A stretch of 53,114 bases of DNA, filler included, from Bipalium vagum (lineage: Eukaryota): assembly GCA_037834085.1 (NCBI GenBank). It is 3 parts of 3 records of this genome, joined end to end, with 100 filler letters (N's around TTAATTAATTAA, not from the genome) between each part and the next. Parts side by side here need not be neighbours in the genome. Positions count along the whole stretch, not along the records: positions 1 to 17,611 come from JBBMKC010058961.1; positions 17,712 to 36,774 come from JBBMKC010012100.1; 1 more part is not named here. One strand, 5' to 3'. A program made the translations under genes and the position numbers. Below the pieces are notes generated by a model. It saw only the letters and a program-made list of their open reading frames with translations. It made no database searches and had not been told where the DNA came from. Shown here in pieces: positions 13,701 to 25,900 of this stretch. Position 1 is the first letter of the stretch. Each line of letters opens with the position of its first letter.

Positions 13701-14977
13701 TTCGGGTTTCAGTAAAAAATCCATCATAAAGTTTTCCGGAAATCCATGGAGAAAGTGCACAAAAATGCACAAAGTTTCACAATAATTAATTTGATTTTTA
13801 CAAACGAATTTAAAATTTTTTCGCTAGTAATTGCAGCTGTGAATAAAACCAATCAATAGGTCCTTTATCGATTACACTGGGAAAGAAATGAAAACATCGG
13901 ACAACAGGAGAAAAATCGACTTTCCTCGACTCATTTCGATAAATTTTAAATTGATTAATTAAAGCATTAATTTAAAAGTTCAAATCAATCTACGAAGACT
14001 AAAAATATTGATTATTATTATTATTAAAAAGTATTATTATTTATTAATCTTGTTACACCTGCCTAGTATTGGATAAAATTATTCTTATGGTTCTGGCGGG
14101 AATCAATGAATTATTGCAAGAAGTCAATGACTGATTAATTTCTGAAGATTCAAAACGATTTTCAAGGAGTCAATATAAAATAACAGTAACAGGAGAGATT
14201 CACCTATCTAAAAGTGACTTGTTCATTCTCAATTCTGGTTTTACAGGAGCAGAGAAAGGTTAGTATAACACCAAGTACCTAAAAGGTTATTTTTTTTCCT
14301 ATTTTCCCTCTCGAATTCGATTGAAATTAAAATGGATTTTGATCTCATCCGTTTTGAATTGATATGAGCAATCAAATATCGACCTTTTATAGAACATTAT
14401 GAACCATTTTTCCAATAACAATAAACATCAGAAAGTTTCCAAAATGACGAATATTACTGTTTATTTCTTTTTTTTATCATAATAGAAACACCCAGGAAAC
14501 AGAAATATTAAAGAAACATTACCTGTTATGATCTGTGTAATGGTTGCCTCTCATAAATCCAAATCGATCTGTTTCTGAATATTCATATATCTGCGGTATT
14601 TCCATTTGGCCGTTTTGCTCTTTGGAACTGTCATTAGTGCAGTTGGAGTCGGTATAATTAGCACCGTAGTCGATATGACAATCTGTGTTTTCCTTTTTAC
14701 TGCTCTCATGAGAATACTGAGATATTTCTGTGCTGTTATTGGAAAAGTTATCGTCTGAGATCTGCTGAGTATTATTGATCTGTTTCAAAGTTGAACCTTT
14801 ATCAAATGATAAATCCATCAGTTCGACTAGCTCATCGACTGCTTTCGTCAATGTAGCATTTTTCTTGTGATTTAATGATGAATAATCTGAGGTAGATGTC
14901 TCTTCATTATTGGATAAAATTTCTTCCTCATTATCGGACTCATTTATACTTGGCATCGATCCTTGTTTATAAGACAT
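132..14977 (-). CDS. TBC1D10: TBC1 domain family member 10-like Rab GTPase-activating protein (EPI64-like), 7 exons, 530 aa
   Basis: Exons 14977-14523, 11671-11165, 8320-8140, 6122-6048, 2690-2576, 2485-2331, 236-132. All introns are GT-AG, phases are consistent, total 1593 nt. Motifs: ETDRFGF, REKKWQDM..W, RCRKGIPQSLR, IRKDIHRQFP (Arg finger), GYCQG (Gln finger), YIPGYY, YMIDWFMC..RTLPWPSVL..MDMFLCEG. These match recalled TBC1D10A/B sequence. Confidence 0.93.
1180..2283 (+). mobile_element. Degenerate IS630/Tc1-superfamily (DDE_3-type) DNA transposon in the last TBC intron
   Basis: TA-flanked imperfect TIRs (CAAGGTTTTTCAAAATA.. / ..TATTTTGAAAAACCCTG). Broken transposase remnants FFDEMG, NVPLH and SHSPQFYPIEELVSVWK. 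Confidence 0.8.
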
Positions 14978-15689
14978 TTAAACTAAAATACGAATGAATT
15001 TCATTAGTTTTCCTTGGGCTTATTAGTATTAGTTTAGTTAAAATTAATAATTAACAGTTGTTTAAGAAAACTTTGGTTATAATATGAAATATACCAGAAA
15101 GATTAATTAAATAATAATAATAATAAATTAAAATTGAGCCTAGTTACATTTTAAATTTGTTTTGTACGTTATATTAAATAAACAAACTGATTCATTTCAA
15201 TTCATAGAAAAATATTAAATTAAATTTATAAATTATTATGTTAAACTAGTTGAATAAAAACCAAATTAAAATAAAAATGATTTGATTCGTTGGTTTCTTT
15301 AATTTTAATTTTATGTTTTTATTATATATTTATTAATTATTATGTAGAAATATTTAAAATTAATTTAGGTCGAAATAATAAAAATTTTGATAAATAAATA
15401 TATTTAAAAATTTTTTTAATATAATTTTTAAAATTTTGATCTTTTTATATACTAAATAATATAATCAAAAGTTATTTACATTTTATTATAGATAAAATAT
15501 TTTTGATTTTTATTTAGAAAAAATATTATACAAAACGGGAATAAAAATTATCTAATCAAATAAAAAAATATCTCTAGGCTAGAAGATGAATATTTATTTA
15601 AGAAATTTCAAACATACACTTTAAAATTTTTCTAATATTTGATTGAAAACCTGATTTTGGCTTTTTGTATTAGAAAAAACCCTGATTGT

Positions 15690-15990
15690 AGATAATATCT
15701 TGCAGTGACTAAAAGATGACTTTGAGTGTTGGGTTAAATGTCATGGAGCTTCCCTTCAGAATTGATGGTCGTCCTGATATTGTGTGTTTATGGCACAATG
15801 ATCATCGATGGCTCTCGTTTTAAATAAGAGTGCTACCGATATTATGTTGTTCATTAGAAGGTGATATAAATTCTATGAATTGGCAAAAACAAAAATTTTG
15901 GTATGTACAATTCCGTCCATATGTTGAAATCCCAGTATTTTCCATAAAATGATGGATATACGATACTTTAGGTATATTGATTCACTCTTT
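15690..15990. other. Unidentified GC-richer, degenerate coding-like or TE fragment
   Basis: Compositionally distinct from its flanks, with no intact ORF. Family not recognised. Confidence 0.2.
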
Positions 15991-16249
15991 CTTTAACAAT
16001 ATGAATGAATATTTTGAAGTACATGTTTCTAATCAAAAATCCAAAGTATTATTTTTGTAAATGTATAAAAACCAAATTTTTTAAAAACATCAATTGTTTA
16101 ATGATATTTTGAATACAAGTCTCAAACATCAGTAATGCATCTTTTACTTAAATTTCATATGACCAAAAAAATTTTAAGAAACGGTCAACCTCGTGAACAA
16201 TTAAATACTCGAAATTAATACCATGTGTTCATAACTTTATTTTTAATTA

Positions 16250-17193
16250 TCTCTTAGATCCTTATTGGTATCTTTCACAAAGATTTCTAATCTTACATGT
16301 TAGAATCATAAGCTTACTGCACCTCCAAAATTTTCCACAATGTCTTATTATTTACGGGCTTACACATAGGACCTCTTACTTTCAGATCAGCTCACAATGG
16401 ATCAATTATATTCAGATCTAGTGATTGAGGCGACCAATCACTCAGTATGCATAAATTAGAGTTGTCCAAAAATGAAGCCACCAATCTTAACTTATGGCAT
16501 AGAATAGAATATGTTCTTATAGAATATGTTCTGTGCTTCATATATTGGCAACAACCCTTTCTTCAATACACACTGGTAAATATTAGAATTCATCTGATCC
16601 GGACATATTATAAGAATTCTGGTGGCATCTTCTTTGATTGCCCTCCTCTCAAACCATCAAACTCTTCCCTCAAAATTTAACAGTTTTTGTGATACATTTT
16701 AGATTATACCTGGATCCTTGCTGTCTGCGAAAGTATTCTCTTTTTCTAGAGAACTGTTCTCTTCGGCTTTCATCATTAAAAATCACGTCATTCCAAAAAT
16801 AAGGAGGCAGTTTGCGATAATTTCTGCACCACTTTAAGTGATTCTTGATATGTCGGTCATTTAAATATGGTTTCTTTGCTGTATTTCGCCTGAACAAGCC
16901 ATACTTTCTCAGAATAAGTTTGGCTTGATTTCCAATCGATAAAAAATCACGTGCTGTTTTCTGGAGATTTTGCTTTGACATCCGAATAAGTGATCTTTCT
17001 AATCTTTATATATTTTTTGGTTTAGAACCACTTTAAATAAGTTTTCCAATGTTCCTTGATGGTGCCGTTACCGTAAAATATGTTGAACAGCATTCCTTGC
17101 AATATTGAGTTCATTTAAAAATTTCCTCTGAGACAAAACCACTTTCAATTTTTTACTGACTAGTTTCCTAACATCTATTGATATCTTAGTCAT
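16250..17193 (-). mobile_element. Tc1-family transposase pseudogene (partial element)
   Basis: ORF 16670-16981 contains AKKPYLN..H..W..W..VIFNDESR..F. Downstream broken frames give QPYMK-H, W..QSLDLNIIDPLW. Many frameshifts. TIRs not found; the contig ends at 17611. Confidence 0.85.
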
Positions 17194-17611
17194 ATTTAAA
17201 AAGGATTTGTAAAATTAAAAAAATATTATTTAATCATTAGTAAAATATTGTAGATATAGATTTTACTTAAAAAATTAATTTAATCCTTAAAATATTTCAT
17301 ATATTTAAATGACATAAAAATTTAAAAATAACGCCTTATTATAAAAAATGTATTTTAATAATTATAAAACATTTATTTGTAAAAACTTTTTATAAAAATA
17401 CTTACTCCATATCATAAAAAACCTGATTTATTAAAATAAATTAAAATATATAAGAAAAATAATATACTAATGTGCAAATTTAATGACAACAGTTGAAATT
17501 AATTATATTTAAAAATACATGAAATTTTTAATGAAGAAAATTAATGTTTATTAAAAGTAATAAGTAAATAAATAATTTTTAACTTAATCAAATAACTATT
17601 TGTTTAAATAT

Positions 17612-17711
17612 NNNNNNNNNNNNNNNNNNNNNNNNNNNNNNNNNNNNNNNNNNNNTTAATTAATTAANNNNNNNNNNNNNNNNNNNNNNNNNNNNNNNNN
17701 NNNNNNNNNNN
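17612..17711. other. Assembly gap linker N44-TTAATTAATTAA-N44
   Basis: The 12-mer has stop codons in all six frames and is centred in N runs. Identical to the linker at 36775-36874. Confidence 0.97.
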
Positions 17712-17853
17712 TAGGTAATTCATTAAATAAGTTGTATGTATTAAATAAATTTTCATTATGACCTTTAGATTTTGAATGACTAATAAAAGCTGTTTTAGTT
17801 ATGAAACTTTTATCACAGACTTCACAATAATGAGTAGATTGATTTTTATCCAT
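17712..17853 (-). CDS. C2H2 (matrin/JAZ-like) zinc-finger ORF, truncated by the assembly gap
   Basis: YCEVCDKSFITKTAFISHSKSKGH fits C-x2-C-x12-H-x5-H. ATG at 17853; the frame stays open into the gap. Confidence 0.7.
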
Positions 17854-17959
17854 ATTTGATTAGTTTAAATGTCGTTGGTTAATTTTTTTCTTTACCATTC
17901 TTAATAAAATGTTTTATATTTATTTTGTAAAATCAAAAATTGTTATTGCCAATGTAGTA

Positions 17960-18729
17960 AAATTATAATTTACAATAATACTACTCAGAAGTGTTAAAAC
18001 CAAAACTGAAATCAGGAACTAGTACTGTAAAAACTATAAAATCACACTGAAACATTACGGGCGTTAACATTAAAAAGTACAAGTGATGTTACTACAAAAA
18101 GAAATGAAATAATTATAAGAAAGGTGATAGTAGTAACAGAAAATAAAATCGAAGGAGAATTCATAAATGCAAGTATGGTGGAAAAGAGAATTGATTGGGA
18201 TAGTGAAGGGAATTGCACAGCAATTGCTAACAATCAAAAAAATTGTCAATAATTCAACAAACAAAATCAAACAACATCAAGGTACCATACAACAACTTTT
18301 CTCAAGACACAAAAGACAAGAACAGAAAATAGGACATCAACCAATCAAAGAAAAACCGTAAAACTGATCGAACGTAAACTAAATCGAGAAAAATTTCGCA
18401 AAGACCTCAAATTAATAAAACCAAAGAAACCAAATAAAAAACGCAAACAAAAGAAATAGAAACAGCAGATTAAAGAAGATTCCTTCAATTGGGTAATAAT
18501 AACTGGCATAGCAAGGATTATAATTGTAGGTGGATTAACAGGAGCCCCGTTCTGTCAAATCCGGATATGCAGACATAGAAAGCTATATTTCATATTGAGA
18601 AACAGATTATCAAAAGATATCAAACCAGTCAGAATAGAATAAGAATTGTGGGAACAGCAGTTCGCAAGAGGAGAAAGTTTTTATAATGCAAGGAGCTTCA
18701 GAGAACCTCAAGAAGAACATTTTGTCTAG
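17960..18729 (+). pseudogene. Decayed type I membrane glycoprotein-like gene
   Basis: A single frame 18040-18729, broken by stops at 18250, 18457 and 18640. It has N-x-S/T sequons (NAS, NCT, NQT, NRT), a Thr-rich then Lys-rich stalk, a hydrophobic segment WVIITGIARIIIVGGLTGAPFC followed by RICRHRK, and a short tail. Confidence 0.45.
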
Positions 18730-18959
18730 TGTCATATTGTAGAAATGACATAAGTAGTATTAGTAATAAAATATATAGTATTAAAAAAATTAAAATAAAA
18801 TCAAAATCAAAATCAATAATAATGATTGCTGGTATGATGATAAATTAAAGATAGGACAACCAACCTTCTTAAAACTCTACCAGGTGTTATAACATCAGTA
18901 GATGTTTGACTGCGAAAAATAATTGATCTCAAACCCAATTTTTGATAAAATAATAATTG

Positions 18960-19464
18960 TTTTGTTTCCATTTTAGTAAGAAATTATTAACAAAACAAAT
19001 TCTTTGATAAAAATAGAAATTAGCAGACCAGGTCTTGGCAGCACTGGTGACAATACAGGGGAGGACAAACCCAGGAGGACGATCATGGTGAAAGAGTCCC
19101 GTACTGATACCATAAAGGACATCAAAAATAAAGTCAATGAAAAGACCAAAGGAACTCGAAGCACCAGAAGAAGTGAGGGAAACCGATGTAAGAAGGAACC
19201 CCACAGTAAACTTAGAAGAACGAATCAATACATTAGCGGATAAAGCAATCGAAGACAACATCGAAAATATCACAATCCAGGTGAAAAAAAGATTGCCATA
19301 TGAAGAAAAAGACAAAGGGCAGCAACAGAACCACTGAGATGAAGAGCTGGGAAATCGGATGAAATATATTTAATGGAGGAAGAAAATGCCCCTAGAACTA
19401 GCGCGGTCAAATCAATTTCAGTTGCAGGACAAAAAAGAAAGAGTTTAAAATATAGAGATCTTTA
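18960..19464 (+). pseudogene. Decayed charged, coiled-coil-like ORF of unknown function
   Basis: A-rich coding-like frame LADQVLAALVTIQGRTNPGGRSW* ... MKRPKELEAPEEVRE...EERINTLADKAIEDN, with internal stops. A basic end (KRKSLKYR) follows. Confidence 0.35.
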
Positions 19465-19968
19465 GTTTTTTTAGATGCAGGATGTTTTTTTTGTTTTAAA
19501 TGAGTAGTTTAATCTCAAAGTAATATTAATTTTTAGCTTTACTTTTGTAATTACATAGTATATTATTTTAATTTAACGAAATTGGTTTTTACCAAGGTCG
19601 CTGTGTTCCCATAAAAAAAACTCGTTATTTAAAAAATCACTCTGTAAGTCTGGATTCTTAACAAAGTTGTGTAGCACATGAAATATTAAAATTCATAAAT
19701 ATTAAATTGATATTGAAGTTCAACAATTTTTTTTATTTGTCAAGAAACTGCCAATTTAACATTAAAATGTTATTGTTAAATAGTTAACGGTAGTTTTAAT
19801 CATATAATTATCAAATATTTTTATATATATCTATTATAAGAAATTGTCTACTTAAGCTACATCTACATTTAAAATAATATATTAATTATAGAAATTATTA
19901 AGTAAATAATTTTTGTTTTGTTTAATTATGTAAAAGTTTGTTATTATTATTGTGCGTAAAATAAATTT

Positions 19969-22900
19969 ATGGAGGGTCCTTTAACAAAGTGGACTAATTT
20001 AGTAAATGGATGGCAATATCGTTGGTTCGTTTTGGATGTGAATGCTGGGTTATTGTCATATTATACTGTAATATATATTTTAAGGATTTATTAAAAATAA
20101 TCAATGAAAGTCTTTAGAAAAAGAACGAAAAGGTGATAGAAGGGGCTGTGTTAAGTTAAAAGGTGCACAAGTTGGTATTGATGATACTGAAGACTGCACT
20201 TTTACAATAACTGTGGATAATAAAACATTTCATTTTCAAGGTAAAATTTTTTAATTTATATATTTTACTTGCAATTTAGCTAGGGATAGTGAAGAGCGAC
20301 AAAAGTGGCTTGATGCTCTTCAAGAAGCTAGAGATTTTCATAGCAAGGTTTTTGAGAAATAATTTTAATAAACTTTCATAATACTTTTTCCAGCATTTAG
20401 AGATTACAAATTCCGATGAAATACTCACAGAGTTTGATAAAAAAATAGTTGAAACCGATGCCTATCTTCAATTATTAATTAATCAAGAAGAAGTATTTGA
20501 GATATTGTTTAATATAAGTTTCAAAATCGGTTTTAGCATTTAAGACAAACAATGGTCGGAGATAAATTGGAAGAGGAAAATATTCTGATTGGAATAAAGG
20601 TACAACTTTTTGTAATTGGGCGTGTTAGTTAAATAAATTTTAGAATCTTATTGAAGTTATTAAGCAAACAATAGTTTGTCTTCAAATAGCTAAAGTTGTT
20701 AACAGTTTAATTTAATTGATTTTAAAAATTTATTCCAGCAAAATTCTCTTACACCACTAGCAAATATACCGGTGTTTGATGGTATAAATGCAATTGAAGA
20801 AACTGCTAAGTTTGATGATAAAATCATTCCCCAGGGTTTGATCGATAATTAATTCAGATTAATTAATATTTTCTTAGAAATAGGATTCAATGCACTGAGT
20901 CTTTGTAACACATCTAACGATAACACTTTATTAGATACAAACACAATTGTCGGTATCAGACCAAGAGAAAACAATTTAATCGATCTAAAAATAAGTTCTT
21001 CGCTTGTACCGGACATTTCTTATTCTTCTTCCGAAGACGAGTTTTTCGATACTCAAGAAAACTTGATTATTTCTCATCCTAAAAGGTTTCTATTTAATTT
21101 TATTGACAGTTTTTGGTTCATTATGCCTTTTATAAAGCATAATTGACAAATCAAGTAATAACGACAATTTCAAGGAGAAAGCGAAAAGCTCTAATCAAAT
21201 CGATGACAAAACAATCGTATCGAATGTCAACAAAGACGTTTATTATGACGAACTGTACGATACTGACGAGGATGAATGTAATTAATACTTTTGTCACTTG
21301 GTCACATCCTGGTTACTTTTAATCAGTAGGATCACTCCAGTCTCATGGGTCGGTGATAACTTATCTTCTCAGTCAACTGAAGATCGGAATGGATTTGACC
21401 AAAATCACGTTGCCGACATTTATTTTGGAAAAACGTTCTACACTGGAGATGTACGCCGATTTTTTGGCCCATGCTGATCTTTGGTGCGAAATACCAAATT
21501 CGGAAACACCAAAAGAACGGTTTTTGGCTTGCCTGAAATGGTACTTGTCCGCATTTCATGCCGGTCGCAAGTCGTCTGTGGCCAAAAAGCCCTATAATCC
21601 GATTCTGGGAGAGATTTTTCGATGTTACTGGAATGTTTCCAAAGACCAGACTCCTAACGCCTCGAACAATTTCTTTAACGAATTAGATCAGAATTGTTTT
21701 AATTTGACTAATGACAATCAAAGCCAAATGTTTTCTTGGGCTCCATCCAATAGCGTGGTTTTCATTGCTGAACAGGTAATATCTGAAAATTTACGTATAA
21801 AAAAAGGGAATGTTTTTCCATTTGAATTAAATTTCAATATTTATTATATAACAAGTTGAGTCTTTCCATTTTTCTGATAATCAGTACAAATATATATATA
21901 TGTATATATATATCTATTATTTTTTAGTTTTTCTGTTTTAAAATATACCATTGTTGCTGAAGTATACAAAAACATCACAAGATGTCACACTAAATTCTAT
22001 TTAATATTCAGCATTTAATTTTTATTGTGATTTATCGTTTTTACGACGGGGCCAGGCTGACGCAGATGGTGATTGAGCAAATAACGTTATCGCCGATGAC
22101 TGGAGTGGTTACATAAAAATATCGTTGTGCAAGTGTGTGAATATCACATAAGAGATCTAGCACAAACTCAACGTCGTGTCCTGCAAAAGGATATGGATAA
22201 TTGAGAAGAGAAAAAATTCATATTATAGATTCAATGTTGATTTCACTAAGCTCTTTTCAATTTCTTAAATAATTTTAATTTTTTTTATTACAAATAAGGA
22301 ATGGGAGCAGCAGAAGGAAGGTTGGATAATTATGCACCCCCTATTATGTAATGAAAATTTTCACAAGGAACAATCAAATGCGAGATGAACTAAAAGTCAA
22401 ACTCGATATTGGAAGCGATCATACAATTATCGATATGTAGAGAAGTCATGGTAAAGCATTCTTTAAGAGATTCAGAAAGGATTTGAGGAATTAACTTTGA
22501 AATTAACAAATCCATTCTCGCTATTATATTTGCATAATACCATATATTACATTAAAAGAATGTGACAAAAATTAAAACAGGTTGACAAAGAAAGATACAG
22601 AACTATAGTCATGTTAAAATCATATCTGTTTGAATTTGTGTTCAGCCAAAAGATTGTTTCTTATGAAAGAATTCGTCATCATAAAGTCGGTTAGGTGTAA
22701 GCTATATATTCTCTTATTATGATTTTTTTAAAAATTCTTTATAGAGAAATTTATTAAAAAATCAGTAAATTTCAGTATTTTTAAATCAATTTTGAGAATT
22801 TCTTTTCAATTTCCATTTAAAATTACAAGTAGAATTAATTTTGTGATCATTCTTTTTTCATATTATCAACAATGAGACAAAAATGATCAAGGCTCTGATC

Positions 22901-25900
22901 ACGTTTTAATTTTTTGTTATTTTGAATACGTACCTTGACCAATTTTGCAAAAATAATTCTAATTTGTGATACATTGTTTAATTTTCTAATTCCTTGATTA
23001 GGTAAAAAATATTTAATTGATATTTTATTATTGATATCCGATTATAGCCCACATAATTAGAATATATTTTAGTAAAATTTGTCAAATAAAATGGATTTGT
23101 TAATTCAATTATTTTAGTATCGGGATTTTTTGATTTCTGGAATTGTCGAATGAAATGTTTCTTAAAATAATCTCGATTCATCTTCGAGCATCGTATTCTA
23201 AAAGTGGAAATAAACGTAATATTGTTCTGTGGTAGACATTAAGTTGACAGTTCGAAACTATTACGCAACATTAATACGAAAATTTCTCACTATGGAAAAT
23301 CAAAATTTTTATTTGCTTCAATTATAAGATTTAGAGAGTTAATGTTAAATTGAAGTCGTTATTAATAAATTAATCTGAGTTGATCTGGTCCTTTATAAAA
23401 GAAGTATATTTTGAAATGATTGTGATTGTTCTACATTCTCAAAATGAGGTCTGATTTTTCAAATTAATTTCATTTAGAAATTTTCATTTTAATTTCCAAA
23501 TTGGAAAAAATTTTCATTGTTTTTATTTAATATTTCTTAAATAGCTTAATTAAATAAGAAAACATTATCCTACTCTGCTGCTTTCTCTCAGTATTACAAT
23601 TCAAATATTGTTTTAATTTTTCTTAGCATTTTAACCTAGAGTCTATTTTAAAAACAATTTAAATAAAATTTAAAAATTATTAATTCATTGTATGTTATGG
23701 TCATTGCCAGTAAATTTTTAAACAATAAAATGTAAATGGATAGCTTAGTCGATGAAGTCAATTCTTTTTAGTTCTGAAAGTAAATTTATAACTGGGGAGT
23801 AAAATAACAATACTCAATCATAAAACTTAAATTAATTTAATAAAAATGACATTTAAATAACTTTTATTACCAAAGAAATATTACAATTTTGGATAAATTC
23901 AGTAATGTATCTGTTTTAGTGGAATCATTTTGGTACAAAATATTTATTTTAAATATATCTGCAAATTATTTCCAATGAACCAAAATTTTTCTCATTCTTT
24001 AGATCGTTTCATTCAAGTTCACTAAAAATTATTTTGTTGAATCTTTCGATTTCAAACAAAATATATATTTTTTCATTTTAAATATGCTTAGGTTTCTCAT
24101 CACCCACCGATTTCTGCTTTTTACGCTGAACATAAAGATCATAAAATACAGATAAACGGTCATTTGTGGACCAAATCGAAATTTCTAGGATTGAGTATTG
24201 GTGTAGAAATGATAGGCGATGCCGTCATCTCTCTTCTGCAATGGAATGAAGATTATGTTGTGACATTCCCGTCCGGCTATGGAAGGTTTTAATGGATTTG
24301 CTTTTTGTGTTACAAGAAATTCTTTGTCATTTTGTAGAAACATTTTAAGTATACCATGGATAGAACTGGGTGGAAAATGTTCCGTCACATGCGCTAAAAC
24401 CGGTTATTATGCAACGGTGGAGTTCAAAACGAAACCATTTTACAGTGGAAAGAAAGACCAAGTTCGCGTTGAATGCTTCGGTCCCAATGACAAAAAGCCC
24501 TTCATGACCATAGAGGGAGAATGGAACGACAAAATGTTCTCTAAACTCGCTAATGAAAATGTAAAGATTTTATTGTTAATTAACAAAATGATTAAAATAA
24601 ATTATGTACACTTGTAGAAAACAGAACTTTTCATTGATGTGAATGCCATTCCTATTTTGAGAAAGATGGTTCAACCGAGATCTCAACAACTGGAATACGA
24701 ATCTCGGAGGTAATTGGTTTTTATTTTATTGTATTATCAATTCTTAAATTAGTTTTTGATTTCGTAAGCTTATTTAAATATTGATTTACTAATAATAGAA
24801 ATTTTTTACATAAAAGTTTGACTAAGTTTTCGTTAGTGAACCAAGAACTCCTGGTGCTGGCGACGCAAGACAATTTGTTTGATTGTTTTTCTTTGAAGTG
24901 CTTATCTTTTAGATCAATTTTAATTCCGTTCTTTTGTTTTTCTCTGACTCTTGTCATTCCAATTTATCGACAGTGTATCAATAATTATCAGTTGAAGTAT
25001 TTATTTTGAATAGTATTGACTGTCGAGGTCACAGATTTAATCTTATTTCTTTTTTCACACTATCATCTCCATAAAATATTTATAAAAATCATCCTAGAGC
25101 TGAAAAATAATGTTCATACTTGAAACAAATTTCTTCCTCTTCGTTTCTGATATTATGTTTTAAACATTTAAATAAGATGCACAATTAATTAATTGATTAT
25201 TAACATTGTGTAATGATTTTAATTGAAAATATAACTTGAAATGTGATATCGATGAGAATTTATCTCAGGTTCACAATGAAATATTCTGGAAACAAAGGCG
25301 AAACAATCACTTTTTGGTTATTTACACGATAAATAATATAATTTTTCTATCAGTTCAATTATGGATTTTTAGTTGACAGATTAATAATTGTATTAATCAT
25401 TATTTTAAATAATTTGTGGTATTTATTTCATGCATATCATCAACAGAACTCTGAGAACATTTGTCTGTATGGTATGTTGTTATCTGATATCTTCGTTAAA
25501 ATCAGTGCATTGTATGTCATTTTTTATTTATTCAATAATAACTTCAATAAAGATAAGTCTGGAAAAAAATAAAAAATAATATTGATTATTAATTAATTTT
25601 TTTAAGAACTAAAATTAAATCAATAACTATTGAAATTATATATTAATATTTTGTTTGTCAATAATTTAAATGGGAGAAATCAATATTGATTCAAGATTAA
25701 GTCATATTTTCATTTTTAAATAGACACTGGCGATTTTTATTGTACTTGTCTTCTGACTAATTAAATACACTACACTCCGTTTCAGATTGATCAATGTAAG
25801 TCAATTTTATTTTTCGTTTTTGGAATTAGCTTATATTGATAATTTTTCTTGTAGCTTTTATTAACTCCTTTTCATCTTATATTTGTTTATCTTGTACTTT

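Noticed and set aside
14051-14270. 220-bp TGTTACAC...GTATAACA segment as a solo LTR or MITE
   Set aside because: Only short imperfect termini, no TSD, and a single copy in the window.
17612-17711. TTAATTAATTAA palindrome repeated at 17656 and 36819
   Set aside because: It is an artificial six-frame-stop scaffolding linker inside N runs. For the same reason, the head-to-head TBC/OSBPL9 arrangement across the gap is not proven.
20493-20536. GTAT-starting donors (20493; 6047 on the minus strand) as U12 introns
   Set aside because: They read GTATTTGA and GTATGGAT, not GTATCCTT, and no TCCTTAAC branch site was seen.
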